This document shows, piece by piece, positions 25,926 through 38,584 of a DNA stretch of 64,000 nucleotides. Position 1 is the first letter of the stretch. Each line of letters starts with the position of its first letter. Made by a program: the position numbers and the translations under genes. The stretch is from Octopus vulgaris (Eukaryota). A model generated the notes under the pieces. The model was not told the origin of the DNA, made no database searches, and was given only the letters and a program-made list of their open reading frames with translations. The stretch covers positions 29,760,001-29,824,000 of the forward strand of contig OX597838.1 in assembly GCA_951406725.2 (NCBI GenBank), read 5' to 3'.

Positions 25926-26055
25926 AAATAAGCTACGCAGTATAAAGTTATACGAGGGAATAAAAAAGCTCTAATTACAACATTTGCTTCTGTGGAGTGG
26001 CAACAGCTGCAGTTTACATGTTATGAGGTCTTTGCCCAGATAATATTCAATTCAT

Positions 26056-26500
26056 AGGCACAGGAGTGGATGTGGCTGTGTGGTAAGTAGCTTGCTAACC
26101 AACCACATGGCTCCGGGTTCAGTCCTACTGCGTGGCATCTTGGGCAAGTGTCTTAAGTTAAATTAAGTTAATTTTTTGGCTCAAAAAGCAAAAAGCAAGG
26201 CCATGTAGGTGGGGGGGTCTTCCACTATAGCCTCGAGCAGACCAAAGCCGTGTCAGTGGATTTGGTAGACGGAAACTCAAAGAAGCCCGTCGTATATATG
26301 TATGTATATATATATATATATATATGTGTGTGTTTGTGTCTGTGTTTGTCCTCTTAGCATTGCTTGACAACCGATGCTGGTGTGTTTATGTCCCCATAAC
26401 TTAGCGGTTTGGCAAAAGAGACCGATAGAATAAGTACTGGGCTTACAAAGAATAAGTCCTGGGGTCGATTTGCTTGACTAATAGCAGTGCTCCAGCATGG
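26056..26500 (+). mobile_element. SINE family A interrupted by a CR1 3' tail (26155-26216)
   Basis: insert ttaagttaattttttggctcaaaaagcaaaaagcaaggccatgtagg matches the end of 38168-38400; gtctt on both sides. Confidence 0.8.
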
Positions 26501-27155
26501 AAAGCAGACGTTTTAACAATGATGATGATATACACGGGGTGTAACAGGTAAATTGGGACAAATTTCAAATAGATACAATTCTAATTGCATAGATTTTGTT
26601 GGAGTCTAAAGATTAATTAAACATTCTTTTCTACTCTAGGCACAGGGCCCAAAATTTTGGGATTGACCCCAGTATGCAACAGGTACTCGATTTTATCAAC
26701 CCCTAAAAGATGAAAGGCAAATATTACCAGCTTCAATAATCACTTGTACTATTTTGTATTTCAGGTTGAACAAACTAAGAATGTTAATAAAGAATTAAAC
26801 CGAATTATTCTGCACTGGCAAAAGTACTGGGGGAGATTCTTAGAGCCATAAAGTATGCCGAATCTACTGTCGTAACCCAATTTGAAGAAAAGTCAGGATG
26901 GTCAGAGAAAGCCTCATAGTCCTTGTGGTAACTGAAAAACGCACGCCTCGCTTCTTAACAGGACTTGAAAGATTTGATTGAGTTGACCCCCATCAAAATT
27001 GATTGCAAATTTGGCTCAGATTGAGGAATCAGTAAAAGGGCTGAGACAAGACCTCCATAGGAATTTGTATGTGAGAAGACTCTGTAACATCCTAACTATC
27101 CACTCCTCCAAAGCCATTCAAGCTGAAAGAAGTCCCAAACTTCTTGGTCATCTGA

Positions 27156-28500
27156 ATGAAACATCGTGGTGGAGATGTCCACATCTTCGTGGATGAAAAG
27201 ATGTTGATAGATGAAGCTGCAAACCATCAAATCTCACGAGTGATAGCATACAACCCTTCCCAAGTTCTTTCAGCTTTGCATAGCAAGAATCCGGTTTCCA
27301 TTGTGGTCTTCGCAGATGTTGCAAGTGATGGGGAAATGATACCTCCACATTTTATTGAAGCGGTTCTTAAAATCAACACAGCAGAGCACCTCAAAATCAT
27401 AGAAGTTTTGTTGCCTTGGATTAGGAAGCATTATGATGCAAGTCAAGTCATGTCCATACAGGACTCTGCACCAGCCCATTCCTTGAAAAGAGTGCAAGAA
27501 TTTTTGAAGAAGGAATTGCCCATGTTCATCCCTAAAGATATCCGGCCCCCTGGCTCACCAGATTTGAATCATCATCATCATCATCATCATCATCGTTTAA
27601 CGTCCGCTTTCCATGCTAGCATGGGTTGGACGGTTCAACTGGGGTCTGGGAAGCCAGAAGGCTGCACCAGGCCCAATCTGATCTGGCAGAGTTTCTACGG
27701 CTGGATGCCCTTCCTAACGCCAACCACTCCGTGAGTATAGTGGGTGCTTTTTACGTGCCAGACAAGGCTGGAAAACGGCCATGATCGGATGGTGCTTTTT
27801 ACGTGCCACCTGCACGGAGGCCAGGTGAGGCGAGGCTGGCAACAGCCATGATCGGATGGTGCTTTTTATGTGCCAGTCAGGGCAGCGCTGGCAACGGCCA
27901 TGTTCGGATGGTTCTCTTACGTGCCACCGGCACTGGTATCACAGCTACAATTTCCATTGATGTTGATCGATTTCGATTTTCACTTGCCTCAACAGGTCTT
28001 CACAAGTAGAGTTTTGTGTCCCAAGAAAGAAAGGTATGTATAAGTGGACTGGCTACATCCCTGGTAGAGGCCACGGGTTATGGTCTCACTTGTCCTGCCG
28101 GGTCTTCTCACGCACAGCATACTTCCAAAGGTCTCGGTCTCTAGTCATTTCCTTGGTGAGATCTAAAGTTCGAAGGTTGTGTTTCACCACCTCGTCCCAG
28201 GTTTTCTTGGGTCTACCTCTTCCACAGATTCCTTCAACTGCTAGGGTGTGGCACTTTTTCACACAACTATCTTCATCCATTCTCGCCACATGACCATACC
28301 AGTGGGATTTTTGGCTATGGAGCACAGTGGAAGCAATATCCAACGTAACTTCTCACAACTGTATGTCTTCACCGAAGGCTTTGATCAAGCGAGCATTCAG
28401 TAAAATGGAAAAGGAAGAAATAGTTAAGGCATGCACATCATATCGTAAACGGACTGAACTGGTCAAGAAAGCAAACGGTGGTCACACCGAACTGAAATAA
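27156..28500 (+). pseudogene. DD37D transposase pseudogene split by RTE insertion
   Basis: ..VDEK..VASDG..QDSAPAH..PPGSPDLN, then the insertion, then DFWLWSTVE..ACTSYRKRTELVKKANGGHTELK* (stop 28498-28500). About 37 residues between the 2nd and 3rd D after reconstruction. Confidence 0.8.
27568..28302 (-). mobile_element. 5'-truncated RTE-clade LINE (ORF C-terminus, 3' UTR, (GAT)n tail)
   Basis: WYGHVARMDEDSCVKKCHTLAVEGICGRGRPKKTWDEVV..DRDLWK; the UTR contains ~50-bp internal tandem repeats. Confidence 0.9.
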
Positions 28501-29521
28501 GCGCTAAACACACCGCAAGAAATTGGCAGAAGAAAATAAAACTTGCAGTGTTTGATTTTTCCAAGTTATGCCAATTATATTAAAGATATTTAAATGGCCC
28601 CAATTTACCTGCTACACCCTGTATGGTTATGTGCAAGTGACTCTGTTTGTCCCCCAACAACCACATGACAACCAGTGTTGGTGTGTTTACGTCCCCGTAA
28701 CAGTGGTTTGGCAAAAGAGGCCGATAGAATAAGTACTAGGCTTAAAAAAGTAAGTCCTGGGGTTGATTTGCTCAACTAAAACCCTTCAAAGTGGTGCTCC
28801 AGCATGGCTACGGTCAAATGACTCAAACAAGAATAAAAGAACGTGCGTGGGTCTCTTGTCTTTTACTAAGCTACAGGGACACAAACAAACCAACACCAGT
28901 GACATGTTGAGGGACAAACACATACAGACACAAACATATACACAATGGGCTTCTTTCGGTTTCCATCTACCAAATCCACTCATAAGACTGGTTGACCCAG
29001 GGCCATAGTAGAAGACATTTGCTCAAGGTGCTATGCAGTGGGACTGAACTTAGAACCACGTGGTTGGGAAGCAAACTGCTTACCACACAGCTACATCTAC
29101 ATAACACACACACACACACACGTATATTACTCAATGTAGTATTTTTAAATACACATTCATTCTGCACTTGCTTACTGTTCCAGCATTGCTGAATTAATAG
29201 AGTTATGTTGAACAGCTGTTGTTGCCTGTAGCACAGATAATGGCTATTAGCCAAGTCCATCACAAAGATTACTTTACCATGTTTCCCTGACCGGAAAGGG
29301 CAGACAAGCTTCCTCTGCCTGACAGCTTTGGCAAAAAAAAAACCAAAAGAAAAAAAAAACCCCAGTTATGTGATGAGGTTTCCTCTGTCTGGTAGCTATG
29401 GCAGAAAAACCTACAAGTCATTAATAACTTTACAGAGTGTACAAAGCAGGGCTGTAGAGTCTAAAACAAAAACTCTGACTCCTGTACTATTGGCACCTCC
29501 GACTCCTCTTTATCCAATTAA

Positions 29522-29742
29522 CCCTTTCGTTACTGAATTTATTTTGAGATGCTCAGTGTTTCTTCCAATTATGTTAAATATAACAAAGAATTAAGTAAAA
29601 TAACATCGGTATCATTAAGCTAGAGTTAGGGACATAAATTGTGACTAAGGTTTGGTGGAAGGTTTTAATTCAGAACTTTTGAAAACCAGACATTTGTACT
29701 AAAGAGCCAGAGCCGGTTTCAGCTGGGTTGGTAACGAAAGGG
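29522..29742. mobile_element. piggyBac-like MITE family 1
   Basis: TTAA-ccctttcgttac ... gtaacgaaaggg-TTAA. Confidence 0.85.
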
Positions 29743-29889
29743 TTAAGTGATTGTGGCCTACGCATCTCATAAAACATATGTATACACTTGTACTTTGAGT
29801 CAGCCTATATGTTATAACTGGTTTATATTAAAGAATTAAGACATTGTGAGTCGGTATAGTTTTACTGACTCCTTAGTGCTACCCCTTAA

Positions 29890-30110
29890 CCCTTTAGTGT
29901 TCGCATTATTCTACCAAAATTAATGCTTTTTCATCCACCTTGTTTTGAATTCATCATGCATTATCTTGTAACTTTGAGAGTCTGATGAGGTAATTGTTAA
30001 TTTTTAAAACGATATTGTAGGGTTGGTCTGAGAGACCAGATCTGGCCAGTTTGAACATAGAACAAGCAGAATACTTTTGGCCGGATATGGCCGGTTTAAA
30101 TGCTAAAGGG
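29890..30110. mobile_element. piggyBac-like MITE family 2
   Basis: TTAA-ccctttagtgtt ... aatgctaaaggg-TTAA; relatives at ~565-758, 49893-50697, 50805-51495 and 53256-53763. Confidence 0.8.
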
Positions 30111-30486
30111 TTAATTGTTTCTGACTCCAACTCCACAGCCCTGGTACTGGGTATTGGGTTTTTTTAGGAGTGGGGGCACCAGCAACTTACAAGACAAGCT
30201 TTTGACAGAGTGCAGGTGGGGAGGTAAGTACTGAGGGAGGTGGCTTTGTACACAGTGTTGGAAGTAAAGGGGGTGATAGAGGTACAGGAACATGCTGTGC
30301 CATGCTGCAGAGGAGATACATGGCTACCCCAGCAGGAAAGGGGTAAATGATGGTGTGTGTGATGATCAGAATCTGGTTTAATACAATGGGAAACTATACA
30401 TGATCCAGCAGTGCTCTCAAAGCCACTCACCTGATGATGTGCAGGTGCACACCTGCTTCTGGATCATATTTATGTTTTATGTATGA

Positions 30487-31100
30487 AGGTGCACAGCTCA
30501 GTGGTTAGAGCATCGGGCTCACAATGATGAGGTAGTGAGTTCGATTCCTGGACCATACTGCGTGTTGTGTTCTTGAGCAAGACTCTTTATTTCGCGTTGC
30601 TCCAGATCACTCAACTGTAGAAAATGAGCTGTGATGTCACTGGTGCCAAGCTGTATTGGCCCCATTGCCCTTCCCTTGGATAACACTGGTTGCCTGGAGA
30701 GGGGAGGCCGGTATGCATAGGCAACTGCTGGTCTTCCACAAACAACCTTACCCAGACTTGTACCTCAGAAGGTAACTTCCTAGATGTAATCTCATGGTCA
30801 TTCTTAACCAAAGGGGGTCTTTGTGAGTTTGATTCCTAGACCGAGCTATGTGTTGTATTCTTGAGCAAGACACTTTATTTCACATTGTTCCAGTAGAAAT
30901 GAGTTGTTACGTCACTGGTTCCAAGCTGTATCGGCCCCTTTGCCTTTCCCTTGGATAACTTCAGTGGCGTGGAGAGGGGAAGCTGGTATGCTGGGCGACT
31001 GCTGGTCTTCCATAAACAACCTTACTTGTGCCTCGGAGGGTAACTTTCTAGGTGCAATTCCCACGGTCATTCATGACCAAATGGGTTCTTTAACCCTTTT
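30487..31100 (+). mobile_element. two tandem family F SINEs
   Basis: homologous to 16565-16850; the second copy starts at the B-box (~30822). Confidence 0.75.
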
Positions 31101-31937
31101 ACTCAAGTATGATATGGAAAAATCAGCAACAGCTGCTACCAGTGCACAGAAACAATTGTTGTGATCAGTGATTAAAGCCTGTTTCATCCATCTTTGTGCT
31201 TTCTAAATTTTTATCAGTGGTAACCATGTATATGTGCTTATACCTTCATGTGAAAGTGAGATGATACACAAGAGGTGTAAGAACAGCATCCAGCAGTTAA
31301 AGCCAAAAGTGACATTTAGGAATGAGATGTGGTCCTCCTACCCATCCAGGTGGGCAGAAACGACCAACCCAAACCCATCCATGCCAGTAAGGAAAGTAGG
31401 TGGAAAAATGATTAACTATATAATAAATAAATATGGGCACGGCTGTGTGGTAATAAGATTGCTTCCCAACCACATGGTTCCAGGTTCAATCCCACTGTGT
31501 GGGACCTTGGACAAGTGTTTTTACTATAGCCCTGGGTTTGACTAAAGACTCGTGAGTGGGTTTGGTAGATGGAAACTGACAAAAGCTTGTCACACATGTG
31601 TGTGTGTGTGTGTTTGTGTTTGAACCCCCTCCCACCACCACCCCTTGATAACCAGTTTCGGTGCATTTATGTCCACACAGTATGGGTTGCAGGCTTAAAA
31701 ATATAAGTATTAGGATCGATTCATTCATCTAAAAATTTTTCAAGGCAGTGCCCCAGCATGGTCGCATTCTAATGATTGAAACTATAGCAATATATACATG
31801 TGCACATACATACATGCATATACACACACACATGCATATATATATATATATACACACACACACATATATACACATGCATATATATGTGCATACACTTATA
31901 TAAACACAAATACATACATAGATTTATATGTAATGTA

Positions 31938-32344
31938 CGCAGGAGTGGCTGTGTGGTAAGTAGCTTGCTTACCAACCACATGGTTCCGGGTTCAGTCCCA
32001 CTGCGTGGCATCTTGGGCAAGTGTCTTCTACTATAGCCCTGGGCTGACCAAAGCCTTGTGAGTGGATTTGGTACATGGAAACTGAAAGAAGCCTGTCGCA
32101 TGTGTGTATATATATGTATATGTATGTGTGTATGTTTGTCTGTCTGTGTTTGTCCCCCTAGCATTGCTTGACAACCGATGCTGGTGTGTTTACGTCCCCG
32201 TCACTTAGCAGTTCAGCAAAAGAGACCGATAGAATAAGTACTGGGCTTACAAAGAATAAGTCCCGGGGTCGATTTGCACGACAAAAGGCGGTGCTCCAGC
32301 ATGGCCGCAGTCAAATGACTGAAACGAGTAAAGAGTAAAAGAGT
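31938..32344 (+). mobile_element. SINE family A with very long flanking direct repeat
   Basis: full-length consensus match; 31798-31941 repeated at 32345-32478. Confidence 0.9.
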
Positions 32345-32921
32345 ATGTGCACATACATACATACATATACACACACACCTGCATATATATATATACACAC
32401 ATATATACACATGCATATATATGTGCATACACTTATATAAACACAAATGCATGCATAGATTTATATGTAATGTACGCATTGTATATTTTACTATGCTTAT
32501 AGTACAATATATAATGCGTATGTGTGTGTGAGAGAGAGAGAGAGAGAGGGAGAGAAAGGGAGAGGGAGAGAGAGGGAGAGAAAGAGAGAGAGAGAGAGAG
32601 TGAGAGAAAGAGAGAAGGAGAGAGAGAAAGAGAGAAGGAGAGAGAGAAAGAGAGAGATGGTTAGAGGTTGTGAAAAGATGAGTCCCGCCACACTGCAGAA
32701 ACATCAGAGTAAAGTTGTATGGTGTTGCAGAGATATACAAAAGAGAGAGAGAGAGAGAGAGACACAGAGAATAGGGTAAAAAGAAAAAGACCAAGATAAA
32801 GAAGGAGAGAGAGAGAGAGAGCGAGATGGGGAGGGGGGATGAGATTAAAGAGATGAAAACAGAGAGAAAGAAAAAAAAAGATGAGCACGAAGGAGATAGA
32901 CTGCTGCGTGAGATGGGAGAG

Positions 32922-32953
<32 letters not shown>

Positions 32954-33571
32954 GAAGGAACGGAAATTAAATATAAATCTCCAAATCTATAATAATAATA
33001 ATTATAATTACTATTATTACTATTATTATTACTATTATTATTATTATTATATGAGTACGAATCAATCTGACAGATTAAGTGGGTAGATAGTGAGCTAAGG
33101 ACAAGAGGAGAGTATATAAAAACAGACAATGCTTAATATACACATTAGCTTGTATAGAAAGAGGTGTGTGTGTGTGTGTGCTTGTGTATATGTAATTTAG
33201 CCTTGTATACACAGAAAGCACTATGCAGTGAATGCATTTATTATTTATTTATAAATGTGTGTGTGTGTGTGTGTATACATAATATACGTATATTCTATAT
33301 AGGTTATTCATGTATACAAAAAAAAAATACAATATATCGATGTATACATAGGGAGATATGCTTACATAATATACACAATACAAAAGGAATATTAAAAAAA
33401 ATAACGAAGTAAAAATGGGATTGTCAGTATGTGTCAAAGGTCACAAATATCGCAGCCGTAGTGTGTGTGTGTACATACATACATATCTCAAATGGTTCCT
33501 GGTTCAATCTCACTTTGTGGCAACTTGGGCAAGTGTCTTCTACTACAGCCTCGAGCTGACCAAAGCCTGTC

Positions 33572-33619
<48 letters not shown>

Positions 33620-33623
<4 letters not shown>

Positions 33624-33927
33624 CGTGATCACCATGACCGACCAGGTTATCAGATGTTGTTACACATCGCTGGTCACAATGCGCTTCACATTGTTTTAGC
33701 CTTCAAATGACGCCACCCCGCTGGCTAAGCAAGCAGGCCAACAGAAGAAAGAGTGAGAGAAAGTTGTGGCGAAAGAGTACAACAGGGATCGCCACCACCC
33801 CCTGCCAGAGCCTCGTGGAGCTTTAGGTGTTTTCGCTCAATAAACACTCACAACGCCCGGCCTGGGAATCGAAACCGCGATCCTATGACTGCGAGTCCAC
33901 TGCCCTAACCACTAGGCCATTGTGCCT
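33620..33927 (-). mobile_element. tRNA-derived SINE family D nested in the internal microsatellite of a family A copy (33490-34170)
   Basis: minus strand tggcctagtggttagggc..gactcgcagtc..ggtttcgattccc; body shared with 44660-44845. Confidence 0.8.
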
Positions 33928-34378
33928 CTACACATATATATATATATATATGTATATATTTATGTATGTGTTTGTCCCACAGCCATTGCTTGACAACAGA
34001 TGCTGGTATGCTTACTACGCCCCACTCCCATAACTTAGCGGTTCGGCAAAAGACACCGACAGAATACGTACTAGGCTTACAACGTATAAGTCCTGGGGTC
34101 AACTGCTTCAATTAAAAAAGACCTTTTGGAATGATGCTCCAGCAGGGCCACAGTCAAATGACTGAAATAACAGAATATATATACACACACACATGGTTTG
34201 TGCATGCATACACATATTCAATGTTTGCATGTATCTCTCTCTGCACACAGTGTGTGTATGCATTATATAGATATATACACACACACATATTAATCATATA
34301 AATTAGAGAATTGATTTAATACTAAATTGAATTTTTCTCTGTAAGTTTGGAGTTATACTCGCTAATATTATATATATA

Positions 34379-34515
34379 TAAGGTTGTCCCAAAAGTTCGT
34401 AGAAAGTCTTGGAAAATAATGGTCTTTATTTTGAGGAATAATTTTTGTTGTTTTTGTTAGTACTTGGCGAGTAAAAATTCAATTTTCGCAAGTGTTTACG
34501 AACTTTTGGGACAAC

Positions 34516-34519
<4 letters not shown>
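34379..34519. mobile_element. mariner-like MITE in (TA)n
   Basis: TIR aggttgtcccaaaagttcgta / tacgaacttttgggacaacct. Confidence 0.85.
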
Positions 34520-34557
<38 letters not shown>

Positions 34558-34560
<3 letters not shown>

Positions 34561-34748
34561 AGAGTTTACGAAAAAAACAACAAAAGACAAAGACAGGTGG
34601 TGTACAAAACAAACAGATGTATTAGTATAACACTCAGGAATTGAAAATGTCTTTTACGTTTCGAGCCTATGCTCTTCTACAGAAAGGGACACAGAAAAAA
34701 AACAAGGAGAGAAAAAAATGTGTGTAGTGGCTAACGATCTATCATGGC
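34558..34748 (-). mobile_element. Penelope-like fragment with hammerhead-like motif (34651-34686)
   Basis: cttt-CTGTAGA-a-gagc atag gctc-GAAA-cg-TA-aaag; homologous to 53410-53680. Confidence 0.6.
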
Positions 34749-35233
34749 AATGCATATATTCTTACTCTTTTATATGGCCATGCTGGGGCAGTGCTTTCAA
34801 AGGTTATGTTGCTTGATTACAAAGCACTCCCCAGCAACTGTTTCAGTTTGGTATTAATTCTATTCTACCGTCTGTCACACTGCTCTAAGAGCATGAGAAT
34901 TTGCTACAAGAGGTCGACTAGCAACGACAGCCAAACCTCATCAAAATTGCACCCTCAAAGAAAGAAAGAAAGAAAGAAAGGAAGGAAAGAAATGGAGGGC
35001 CCATAGAATGATGTAGACAGTCTAAAAAAAAACAAAAAGAGGACTTTGCACATCTTTGATCACATCTCCAATCAATCAGGACTGACATGAAGCTAATCAA
35101 TAACAATACATTCAGGTACATAGATTGAAAAGCAGCAGACAAGAAGTAAAAAGATATCCTCCTCTCGTTAAAGGATCGGGGGTACTCGTGAAGTAATATA
35201 TAGAAATATATACATTTACACCAGCAATCTATA

Positions 35234-35733
35234 AAGGGAACGCTGGTATGTTATTTTAAAAAAAAAAAACATCAAAGGCAATTTATAGAAACAGAAGGAG
35301 GAGGAAGAAAGAAATAATAATTTGATTTGGAATGGAATATTCTATCTAAATCATTTCCGTATGATAAAGGTAAATCTTTTTGTTCGCTCTGTAAGGATGA
35401 ATTGTATTTCATCCTGTTCCCAGAGAATCCTTTAGTAAACACATCTAAAGAATACGTTTATTGTTGCAAACATTGGCAAAAACATACCTTTAGTTCCTAT
35501 AAGTGATTTCTACCAGTCTATAACATTCAATCTTTAACTGTCTTTTTACATTTCCCTACCACTAAATATATCTATTTCCATGTCTTTAACCTTTATTCCT
35601 ATTCACCTATCGCACTATATTTCTCCACTTAATTTTCTGCTAATTTCTTTCTTCCTTCTCCTCTTTCTATAAATTGCTTTTGACGTTATATATTAACATT
35701 TCTTTTTTAAAAATAACGTACCAGCGTTCCCTT
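35234..35733 (+). mobile_element. 5'-truncated Penelope-like retroelement with inverted terminal segment
   Basis: inverted arms 35234-35316 / 35643-35733 enclosing an endonuclease C-terminus. Confidence 0.75.
35321..35506 (+). pseudogene. Penelope-like GIY-YIG endonuclease C-terminal fragment (absent from the ORF track: no start codon used)
   Basis: FDLEWNILSKSFPYDKGKSFCSLCKDELYFILFPENPLVNTSKEYVYCCKHWQKHTFSSYK* fits the W-x-IL..PY..C-x-LC..E..I..N..E..C-x-H pattern of PLE ORF ends. Confidence 0.7.
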
Positions 35734-36043
35734 CATCATATATGCAGTAGATGAGAAGATTGCATTGTTTTACATCATTTTATTCCTACTGGAATAATAC
35801 CAATGTTTTCTTCGAAACATATGCTGGAAGTATAAAGGTTTGATTAACACCTGTGTCTAACTCCATTTATTTATTTATCTATGTTATAAAAACACATTTC
35901 ACCAAAACCTGGAATTTCTACCTTTATAAGTAGGCTGTAACATCTTTGGTACTTATGTGAATTTTTGCTACCCTGGTAACTATTTATTTAATTTTCCCCG
36001 TGTTATTTGCAAACAGTGAAAAAATACACATGCATTTATACAT

Positions 36044-36084
<41 letters not shown>

Positions 36085-36329
36085 GTCTGTTGTCCAGGCT
36101 GGCATGGGTTGGATGGTGTGACCAGAGCTGGCAAGCGGAGAGAGGGGGATGCACCAGATGCCAATCTGATCTGGCATGGTTTCTACAGCTCGATGCCCTT
36201 CCTAATGCCAACCACTTTACAGAGTATGCTGGGTGCTTTTTACATGCCACCACACACATATATATATATATATACATACATACATACATACACACACACA
36301 CTCACACTTCATCAATAAAACTGCAAAGA

Positions 36330-36442
36330 GAGCACAAAAACTATTACTCTGAGTTTCACATTCCTGATCGTCAGACATACCTCTGGTATTCAAGTACTGT
36401 TCTTTCCACCTTGTTTCACATTTATGTGCTTACTCTGGTATG
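36330..36442 (-). mobile_element. Penelope-like fragment with hammerhead motif (36341-36378)
   Basis: minus strand tgt-CTGACGA-tcaggaatgt-GAAA-ctc a gag-TA-ata; same family as 21083-21300. Confidence 0.55.
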
Positions 36443-37387
36443 TATATGTATGTATACACACACACACATAGATAACATGCTCTGGTTTGGTTCTTTGAAC
36501 ATAAGAAAAAAAAAAGTACAGGATGATCGTAGCAGGAGTTCCCTTCATCTTAGGTTCTTGATCATGACTGACCTAGGGCTAAACAACAAGCAGTTTCAAG
36601 AATTTGAACACTTGGTTTTTAAAAAAAATTGTTGACATAAAAACCTTTTTCTCTTGCAACCAAATCTCCATAAAATCACGAAGCTCTCCATTCCTCAAAA
36701 ACAGAGAGACAGGATATATTCGATATCATAATTTTTGGTGTTCTATTTTTGAAAATGGAATGGTCGCTAGTAAAATGTCTAATCATGTTTGCTAGAAATA
36801 GCAACCAAATCTCCCTATAAATCATTAAAGTCTACTGTCTTAAAAGAAAAGGTTGATGACAGAATATAAATTATTAAATAATTAGATCCTTGGTCTGTTG
36901 TTTCTCAATAAATATTAAAATTGAAAACAAAATTAAAAACACGGGATGGTCAGAGATATAAAAGAACTTTTGTTAGCTAGAAATAACAGTCAAACCTCCC
37001 ATAAATCACATACTACCATCTTATGTCAATGGTACATACGATAATGTAGTCTTAGTGAACATCTAGAAATATTCAAATTAGTGAGTTCTCGATGAAGGTC
37101 AACACTGGAATTAATTAACAACCTCATTAAACACACATTATTAATTAACCAAAGGCAATAGTCCAACCTAGTCCTATGTTTTGGTGTTTGCTCTTACTAT
37201 TGTCTATTTTCATTACTGTTGTCACTTCAGGAAGAAAAATGCCGTGGGAAAAATGTATTTTCATTTTGTTAAACCTAACTTTTGAACTATTTTTTTTCTT
37301 TTTGTATGAATAAGTACAACCTACCTTCTAGTTTTGGGTGGATAGACAATTATATTTTGAGAGTGTGTGTGTGTGTGTGTGTGTATA

Positions 37388-37530
37388 TATCGGAGTAAGC
37401 ACATAAATGTGAAACAAGGTGGAAAAAAGAGTACTCAAATACCAAAGGTAGAGTAATATGCTTTATTTAAAAGCAGCAGAAACTCTGAGTAATAGCTTTT
37501 GTTATTTCTGTTGCTTTTAAATAAAGTATT
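37388..37530. mobile_element. Penelope-like foldback, same family as 21083-21300
   Basis: arms 37455-37482 / 37505-37530 joined at gaaactctgagta. Confidence 0.65.
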
Positions 37531-38167
37531 TGATTTTGATTTTTCCAGTTTCAGCTCATGTGGCCATGCTGGGGCACCGCCATTATATAAAAACTTACTT
37601 GGAGAAAAGAAACGACGTGAGGGCGCTCAGTCATACAATATATATATATAAGGGCAAAAAGAAAAAACTTTCTTTGACAATATGGTGAAAAATAGACGCT
37701 AAATCGTCTAATTACATTATTTATAATTGTATTTATAATTTTCACCTTAAAAGGTATTTTTATATGCTGGCCACGAATAAAATTTTTTGATAAAAAAAAT
37801 TCTATCCTTATATTAGAAGTACACACACACGAATATACATTAGTACTTTCATTGCAAATGAACCGAATAGGGCAAACATACATATAAAGTCTATACACAC
37901 ACACAGATTTCTAATTTGTTGACAAATACAAACCATGTTCTGAGTTCAAATTCCGCCAAGGTCGACTTTGCCTTTTATCCTTCCGAGGTCGATATAAAAT
38001 AAGTACCAGTTGAGCACTGGGGGATCAATGTAGTCGATTTACCCTCTCCACTGAGCTTACTAACCATGGGCCAAAATTTGAAACATATAAATGTTTCACC
38101 TAGACATAACGACACTAATAACCTGCTGTTAGAACTCAATACACCTGTTCTTCAGAATAAAGCATCA

Positions 38168-38400
38168 GTTAAGTTAATTTTTTGGTTCAAAAAGCAAAAA
38201 GCAAGGCCATGTAGGAGGACATGGAGTTATGTACAGGGTGGTGTTCATACAAAGAGTTCAGGCCATTTGTGGTCAAGGGAGACTTTGAACCGAGCAGTTG
38301 TCGGCATCTTCACTATCTCGTCCGGCAGCTTATTCCACAGATCCGCAACCCGGACGGAGAAAGCCTCTCTCCTTCGATTGAGATGAAATCGTCGCAGTTG
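38168..38400 (-). mobile_element. CR1-clade LINE 3' end
   Basis: minus strand RRFHLNRRREAFSVRVADLWNKLPDEIVKMPTTARFKVSLDHKW, typical of a CR1 ORF2 C-terminus. Confidence 0.85.
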
Positions 38401-38584
38401 AGTATAAAGAGCATAATATGAAATTAAATAAATGACAAAGGAACAGGAAATTATGTAATTGTCTTCCCTGTCCCTTTGCCATATATTTCATTCTGATCGA
38501 TTCTTCCAGGTGTTAAACAAGTACCTCATTGCCACAATGCATTCTTTCATTCAATCAAGACACCCTTGATATATATATATCTCG

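Larger units (their letters stand above)
26533..28621 (+). mobile_element. Tc1/mariner-superfamily DD37D (maT-type) transposon, degenerate
   Basis: TIRs cggggtgtaacaggtaaattggg / cccaatttacctgctacaccctg followed by TA; internal transposase remnant. Confidence 0.85.
29447..30143. mobile_element. hAT-like MITE hosting two piggyBac-like MITEs
   Basis: TIRs cagggctgtagagt / actccacagccctg; subterminal gactcc repeats. Confidence 0.65.

Noticed and set aside
27156-27734. 192-aa ORF with a His-tag-like run as an intact gene
   Set aside because: Chimera of a transposase fragment and the antisense (CAT)n tail/UTR of an RTE.
27745-27935. Repeat-spacer-like pattern (gatggtgctttttacgtgcca with variable intervals) resembling CRISPR; also 46375-46590
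   Set aside because: The intervals are mutually similar, the array lies in an RTE 3' UTR, the context is eukaryotic and there are no cas genes.
30487-30560. tRNA gene-like sequences (also 16565, 33860-33925, 44785-44845 and family A heads)
   Set aside because: These are SINE heads: the acceptor stem is not closed and they continue into repeat bodies.
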